Below, one piece after another: positions 55,937 to 57,760 of a stretch of 57,760 nt of DNA (position 1 is the first letter of the stretch; every line of letters starts with the position of its first letter). The notes below the pieces were generated by a model. It was not told the origin of the DNA. It saw nothing but the letters and a program-made list of their open reading frames with translations, and searched no databases. A program made the position numbers and the translations under genes. Source of the stretch: Gemmatimonadota bacterium (GTDB lineage Bacteria > Gemmatimonadota > Gemmatimonadetes > Gemmatimonadales > Gemmatimonadaceae); the NCBI GenBank assembly GCA_031372565.1, contig JANMLN010000003.1:1-57760 (forward strand), in the 5' to 3' direction.

Positions 55937-57760
55937 CTACACCACGATGTTGAGCAACCGGCCCGGCACGAAGATCACCTTCTTCGGCGTGCCGGTCACG
56001 AACTTGGCGAGACTCGCGTCCGCCATCGTCGCCTCGACGGCCTGCTCCTGCGTCGCCGACGTGGACAGCGTCACCTTGCCGCGCGTCTTGCCGTTCACCT
56101 GCACCACGCAGTCCCACGAGTCGGACACGAGGCGCGCGGCGTCATACGCGGGCCACCCCGAGTCGAAGATGCTCCGGGTGTGGCCGAGCCGCTCCCAACA
56201 GGCCTCCGCCAGATGCGGCGCGAACGGTGCCACCAGCTGCACGAGCGGCTCGACCTCCGCGCGATGCACCTGTCGCTCGCCCGTACGCATCGCGTTCACG
56301 TATTCCATCATCGCGGCGATGGCGGTGTTGTAGGCCAGCGCGGGCAGGTCCTCGCCCACCTTCTTGATCGTCTGGTGGAGCTTGCGCATCACGGCGTCGT
56401 CCGGTGCGCCGTCGGTGGTGCACTCATGCACGGAGCCCCACACGCGATCGAGAAACCGCTTCACGCCGCTGATGCCGCGATCGCGGAAGTCGCCCCCTTC
56501 CTCGTAGGGACCGAGGAACATGAGGTACGTCCGGAACGCGTCGGCGCCCCACTCCTCGAAGTAGGCGTCGGGGTTGATCACGTTCCCGCGGCTCTTCGAC
56601 ATCTTCGCGCCTTCACGAATGATCATCCCGTGCGCACGGAACTTCGTGAACGGCTCCTCGAAGTCGATGTGCCCGGCATCCTTGAGCACCATCGTGATGA
56701 AGCGCGCATACAGCAGATGCATCACGGCGTGTTCGTTGCCGCCGATGTACGTCGTGACGGGCAACCACCGTTTGGTGATGGCCGGATCGAACGGCACGTC
56801 ATCGTGTCCCACGCTCGGGTAGCGCAGGAAGTACCAGGCACTGTCGAGAAAGGTGTCCGAGACGTCCGTCTCGCGGCGGGCGTCCTGTCCGCACGCGGGG
56901 CACGCCACGTGGAACCACTCCGCGTGGCGCGCCAGCGGCGAGACGCCCGAGTCGTCCGGCTTGAAGTCCGCGATGTTGGGCAACAACACGGGCAGATCGG
57001 CCTCCGGCACCGCGACGGGCCCGCACGCGTCGCAGTGGATGACCGGGATCGGCGGCCCCCAGTAGCGCTGCCGGGAGATGCACCAGTCGTGCAGTCGATA
57101 CTGCGTGACCGGCGTGGCCGTGCCACGGCTCTGCAGCCACGCGGTCACCGCCCGCTTTCCTTCCTCCACGCCGAACCCGTCGAACTGGCCGGAGTTGCAG
57201 AGCTTTCCCCCCGACGTGTCCGTCACCGCACCGGTCACGATCGGGTCGTGCGCGTGCTCGCCCTCGCGCAACACGACGCGCGTGATGGGCAGGTCGAACG
57301 CGAGCGCAAACTCGAAGTCGCGCTCGTCATGGCCGGGCACCGCCATGATCGCGCCCGTGCCGTAGCCCATCAGCACGTAGTCGGCGATCCACACGGGCAC
57401 GAGCTGCTCCGTGGCCGGGTTCACGGCGTACGCACCCGTGAACACGCCCGTCTTCTCCTTGTTCGTCTTGCGTGTGACCAGGTCCTGCTTGCGTGTACGC
57501 TCGCGGTACTGCTCGACCGCCGACCGTTGCTCCGCCGTGGTGATCGCATCCACCAGCGCATGCTCCGGCGCGAGCACCAGATACGTGGCGCCGAAGATGG
57601 TATCCGGGCGCGTCGTGAACACGCGGATCCGGTCCTCCGCGATCGCCAGCTCCTCCGTCACGCTCACCATCGCGCTTCCCGCATCGGCCGCCGGATCGCT
57701 CACCGAGAACACCAACTCGGCGCCTTCCGACTTGCCGATCCAGTTCCGCTGCGCGCTCTT
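55937..57760 (-). CDS. leuS: Leucine--tRNA ligase, 3' part (5' end beyond the window)
   Basis: NWIGKS, FTTRPDT, YGTGAIMAVPGHDERD, ISRQRYWG, GGNEHA, KMSKS and VQVNGK motifs. Confidence 0.98.
   Translation of the reverse strand, partial: KSAQRNWIGKSEGAELVFSVSDPAADAGSAMVSVTEELAIAEDRIRVFTTRPDTIFGATYLVLAPEHALVDAITTAEQRSAVEQYRERTRKQDLVTRKTNKEKTGVFTGAYAVNPATEQLVPVWIADYVLMGYGTGAIMAVPGHDERDFEFALAFDLPITRVVLREGEHAHDPIVTGAVTDTSGGKLCNSGQFDGFGVEEGKRAVTAWLQSRGTATPVTQYRLHDWCISRQRYWGPPIPVIHCDACGPVAVPEADLPVLLPNIADFKPDDSGVSPLARHAEWFHVACPACGQDARRETDVSDTFLDSAWYFLRYPSVGHDDVPFDPAITKRWLPVTTYIGGNEHAVMHLLYARFITMVLKDAGHIDFEEPFTKFRAHGMIIREGAKMSKSRGNVINPDAYFEEWGADAFRTYLMFLGPYEEGGDFRDRGISGVKRFLDRVWGSVHECTTDGAPDDAVMRKLHQTIKKVGEDLPALAYNTAIAAMMEYVNAMRTGERQVHRAEVEPLVQLVAPFAPHLAEACWERLGHTRSIFDSGWPAYDAARLVSDSWDCVVQVNGKTRGKVTLSTSATQEQAVEATMADASLAKFVTGTPKKVIFVPGRLLNIVV

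Overview
High-GC, gene-dense bacterial chromosomal window; gene content and protein style suggest Gemmatimonadota (inference, not tested). In order it holds: a truncated trpA fragment abutting a tandem REP-like array; an ArsR/DUF2892/RND-MFP-TolC module; an M28 peptidase; a cyclophilin; a TetR-TolC-EmrAB-type efflux operon; fhs; a 16-kb minus-strand surface cluster (3737-aa Ig-repeat protein, membrane Ser/Thr kinase, TPR-like protein, Ig + beta-barrel protein) with CRP-type boxes; an HD protein; two ECF sigma/anti-sigma operons; kup; a frameshifted M48 protease; a TonB receptor with a DtxR-type box; a subtilase; a MerB-like gene; DUF885; PilZ; and the 3' part of leuS. Best finds: (1) the MerB-like gene reads through an in-frame UGA followed by an fdhF-like SECIS hairpin, so it is a probable selenoprotein; (2) the kinase-linked giant-adhesin cluster, whose exported proteins are rich in the Bacteroidota-type O-glycosylation motif D(S/T)(A/I/L/V/M/T); (3) a dispersed palindromic repeat family that supplies stop codons, probably lies inside a CDS, and brackets a 6.8-kb module. 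No rRNA, tRNA, CRISPR array or transposase was recognised. All family calls come from motif recognition by eye; no database was searched.
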